This document shows positions 59,726 to 64,000 of a stretch of DNA of 64,000 nt, piece after piece. Source of the stretch: the human T2T-CHM13v2.0 reference genome, Homo sapiens; the NCBI RefSeq assembly GCF_009914755.1, contig NC_060925.1; one strand, given 5' to 3'. The notes under the pieces were generated by a model. The model was not told the DNA's origin. It saw only the letters and a program-made list of their open reading frames with translations, and did no database searches. Both the position numbers and the translations under genes were made by a program. Within the stretch, counting starts at the first letter, position 1. Each line of letters begins with the position of its first letter.

Positions 59726-61102
59726 TCATTTGCTGTCATTTACTATGACTTTTGTTAAGGAATTGTTTTTCATAAAACAAATTGTATTAAATAATCATAT
59801 TTCCCATTAGCTTTCATATATAATTCGGAAATGTATTCTCAAGAATAACCAATGACATTATAACAAATAAGTTGCTTGCTTCTCAATGTTTACCAAGCAC
59901 GGAGTGAGTTACTGGATATCCACTATTCTCTAGATAATTAATTGATAGCATTAAATATGCCCAACTCTGGCCTTGTAACTTTAGAAAGTCCCATGAGTTA
60001 ATTATGCTGTGTAGGTTTTGCTTCTTAAGAAAACTGAATGTATTTTTAATACTATGGTGTTTGTTAGGTTAAAAGTTAATTGGAAAAATAAAATATTTCC
60101 ACTCCAAGCAGAATTTGTTTTTCACCTGTGGCTAACATATGAAAATTATACACTTTCTTGGTGCTACATAGTACAATACAAAAATTGTGCTGCAAAACAA
60201 AAATTAAAAGATGTAAAGAATTTTGGTGTGACTTTCAGTGATCATGATATGCTTAAAATAATATGCATAATTGAAACAAAAGAATGAATCTTTGAATATA
60301 AACCACAGAATATTTCCAGGAAAAGCATATTAGCTTGTCTCAGTTAAATCTTCCAACCAAAGGCTAGAAAATTTGAGTAACTTCTTTTTATTAGTCACTT
60401 TAAAGCTTTCAAGTCCTGTAGGAACAAGATCCTGGACAGAGGAGAAGCAAAGAGGTGAATGTGGATTTCCTATGTGTGATTCTTCCATCTGGGGATACGA
60501 CAATCCACATACGGTGGTATGGAATTCAAGAAGTTGAACAAATATATTTTTTTAATCTCCCAGAGGTGGGATAAAATAAATTGAATGTAAGCCTGACGGG
60601 GAGGAGCACACAAATACTTTAGCCTTTTATTTGTGAGGCCTGAAGGAATATACTCTTAAAAAAACAGTAACTTAGGAACTGACTAGCTGTCACAAACACT
60701 GAAATCCCACCAAGTATTAGCTCAATCACTAACTGAATTATGGTAATTTCCAATAACCTATACTGAATTCTAGAGTCTGGAAACTGAAGATAGCTATGAG
60801 CAATTTACCAAGACTATGGAAGTATGGATTACAGTTCAGGGCTTGCAGAGGTGGAACAATTTTTATGAATACACTAGTCTTCCAGTTGCATGAAGACAAA
60901 ATCAAGTAAGATGTAGACCAGATCTCATAATGATTTGTAATCAGTTTCAAATAAGCTTAATTTCATATTGGATTAAGGTGGTATGGCCCAAATTTAACTA
61001 CCTGTGAAAAACGAAAGAAAAACTCTATAAAGACAAGCCAATGTGTTAAAATATTTCTAATTTTTTTTCTGCACAATTCCATTTAAAAAATTACATGTCA
61101 TA

Positions 61103-61408
<306 letters not shown>

Positions 61409-61499
61409 ACATGTCATAGCAATGGGCAAAAATAAATGGTGGTGCTAATTATGGTGATCATGATGATAATAACAAAGATTAGAAAAGAAACAAAGAAAT

Positions 61500-62125
61500 A
61501 GTTTCAGAGGAGTAATAGGTTATGAGGATTTGAGACCTAAATTATAATATGAGATTAATTAATATTTTCAACCAAATAAAGATGAATTGGAATTTTTCGT
61601 CAGAGAACTGAACTTTATAAAATGAGTTATGAGAAAATTAAAAGAATAGAAAATATGCTATATGTAAAATTAAGAATTAAAGGGCTGTACTGAAAAACAC
61701 ATGAGAAACAGCAAAAGACAAGATTGGAGATCTGAACAGTAAAACAAATGAAAATATTTAGAGAGAATACAGAAAGAACAGAGATACCATGAATAGGTCT
61801 AATATATGTGCAAATGCAGTCCCATTAGAAATGAAAAAAAATTAGACAGGATAATTATTTGAATAAGTAATAGCTAACGATTTCCAAAAACTGATTACTG
61901 ATATGAAGTCACAGATTTATGGAGATATATATAGATATATATATATAAAGTCAGGCCTTCCATAAATATATATACACGCAAAAACTATATATGATATATA
62001 TATCAATATCATATAGATATTATATATCTATATATAATATAAACATATAATCTATAGTATATAATAACACATAACACATTATAGTAAAGTATCTAAAATG
62101 TTGAATAGAAAGAGAAAATTTATAA
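61500..62125 (+). mobile_element. Ancient L1M ORF1 fragment with a TA-rich tract (61925-62065)
   Basis: aaattaagaatt...cagcaaaagacaagattgg...aggtctaatatatgtgcaaatgcagtccca...tttgaataagtaatagct...tttccaaaaactga. Confidence 0.55.
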
Positions 62126-62129
62126 CCAC

Positions 62130-63630
62130 CATCTGATTCAATGCTATTCCTGTCAAACTACCAATGATGTTTTCATAGAATTAGAAGAAACTATTCTAAA
62201 ATTCGTATGGAACCAAAAAAAAAAAAAAAAAGCCTGAATAGCCAAAGCAATCGTATGCAAACAGTACAAAGCCAGAGGCATCACACTACCCAACTTCAAG
62301 CTATACAACAAGGCTACAGTAATCAAAACAGCATAGTACTGGTACAAAAATAGACACATAGACAAATGGATCATGGTGGAGAGCCTAGAAATAAAGCCAC
62401 ACACCTACAACCATCTGATATTTGACAGAAACAAGCAACAGGGAAAGGAATCGCTAGTCAATAAATAGTGCTTGCATAACTTTCTAGCCATAAGCAAAAG
62501 ATTGAAACTGGACCTTTTCCTTTTATCATAAACTAAAATCAATTCGAAATGGATTAGAGATTTAAATGTAAAAGCCAGAACTATAAAAACCTGGAAATAA
62601 CTAGGAAATACCATTCTGGAAATAGGCACTGGGAAATATTTTGTTATAAAGACTCCAAAAGCAATTGCAACAAAAACAAAAATTAACAAGTGGGACTTAA
62701 TTAAACTGAAGAGCTTCTGCACAGCAAAGGAAACTTTTAACAGAGTAAAGAGATGACCTATGAAATGGAAGAAAATATTTGCAAACTATGCATCTGACAA
62801 GGGCCTACTATCCAGAATCCATAAAGAACTTAAACAATTTAACAATAAAAAAAACCCATTAAAAAATGGGCAAAAAATGTGAATGGACACTTCTCAAGAG
62901 AAGACATACACGTAGCCAGCACGCATGTAAAAAAAAAAAATGTTCAATATCACTAATCACTAGAGAAATGCAAATCAAAACCACAATGAGATACCATCTT
63001 ACACCAGTCAGAATGGCTATTATTAAAAAGTCAAAAATTAACAGATGTTGGCAAGGTTTTGGAGAAAAGGTAATGCTTATACAGCGCTGGTGAGAATGTA
63101 AATTAGTTCAGTCACCGTGGAAAGCATTTTCGAGGTTTCTCAAAGAACTTAAAACAGAACTACCATCCAACCGAGCAATCCCATTTCTGGGTATATACCC
63201 AGAGGAATAGAAATCATTCTACCATAAAGACATATGAATGTGTGTATTCATCATGGCACTATTCGCAATAACAAAGACATGGAATCAACCTAGATGCCCA
63301 TCAACAGTGGACTGGATGAAGAAAATATGAAACACAGGAATAGAAAACCAAATGTCACATGTTCTTACTTATAATTGGAGGTAAACATTGAACACATTTG
63401 AACACAAAGAAGGGAGCAATAGACACCAGGCCCTTCTTGAAGGTGGAGGGTGGGAGAAGGGAGACATCAAAAAACTACCTACAGGGTACTATGCTCATTA
63501 ACTGGGTGACCAAATAATCTGTACACCAAACCCCCACAAGACACAATTTATCTATGTGACAAACCTGCCCATGTACCCTCTGCACCTACAATAAAGGTTG
63601 GAAAGAAAAATTTTTTAAATAAAAATAAAA
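62130..63630 (+). mobile_element. 5'-truncated L1PA15/16-like LINE-1
   Basis: gattcaatgctattcctgtcaaactaccaatg ([10 protein letters not shown]-like) through a 3'UTR ending aatctgtacaccaaaccccc...aaacctgcccatgtaccc; internal deletion near 63330. Confidence 0.9.
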
Positions 63631-63634
63631 CCAC

Positions 63635-64000
63635 TGTAGTAATTCGTTGTGACTGCCATAACAAAACACATAGACTGGGTAGCTCAACAACAGAAATTTA
63701 TGTTCTCAGTTCTTGTGGGTAAGGAAATCCGAGACAAAGGTGCTGGACAATTTGGGTCCTGGTAAGAACTCTTTTCCTGGCTTCCAGGTGGCTGCCTTTT
63801 TGCCTTATATGACAGAGACAGAGAGTGAGAGAAAGAGAGAACAAGAAAGAGAAAGGAGAGAGTGAGAAAGAAGGGGAGAAACAGCTCTTCGTTTTTCTTC
63901 TTATGAGGCCACAGTCCTACGGAATTAGGGCCTCACCCATCTAACCCTATTTAGCCTAATTACCTTCTAAAGACCTATCTCTAAGTATAATAACATAGAA
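63635..64000 (-). mobile_element. MLT1A MaLR LTR (runs off the window end)
   Basis: ctgccataacaaaac...agactgggtagctcaacaacagaaattta...ttcttatgaggccacagtccta...attagggcctcaccc. Confidence 0.8.

Overview
AT-rich, CpG-poor primate (most likely human/great-ape) genomic DNA with no recognisable host protein-coding exon, RNA gene or CpG island; it reads as gene desert or a very large intron. Much of the window is interspersed repeat: LINE-1 of many ages (L1M/HAL1-like to L1PA2), Alus, MaLR LTRs including a full LTR-int-LTR THE1A, ERVL/ERV1 LTRs, Tigger/Charlie DNA transposons, MIR, L2 and simple repeats. Nearly all ORFs in the track are L1 ORF2 fragments, LTR/Alu read-through or chance. The most notable item is not in the ORF track: a minus-strand provirus remnant at about 31380-32610. 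It has an ERVL-type (LTR53/MER54-like) 3' LTR attached to a decayed gamma-type envelope TM gene (degenerate furin site, heptad, immunosuppressive domain, intact CX6CC, membrane anchor). It sits in an old L1MA8/9 that carries five further nested insertions. Other highlights are a twin-primed (5'-inverted) L1PA2, an inverted pair of young L1s sharing a non-consensus variant, a perfect palindromic RFX X-box, and several small template-switch scars. Subfamily names come from recalled consensus features and need RepeatMasker/Dfam confirmation.
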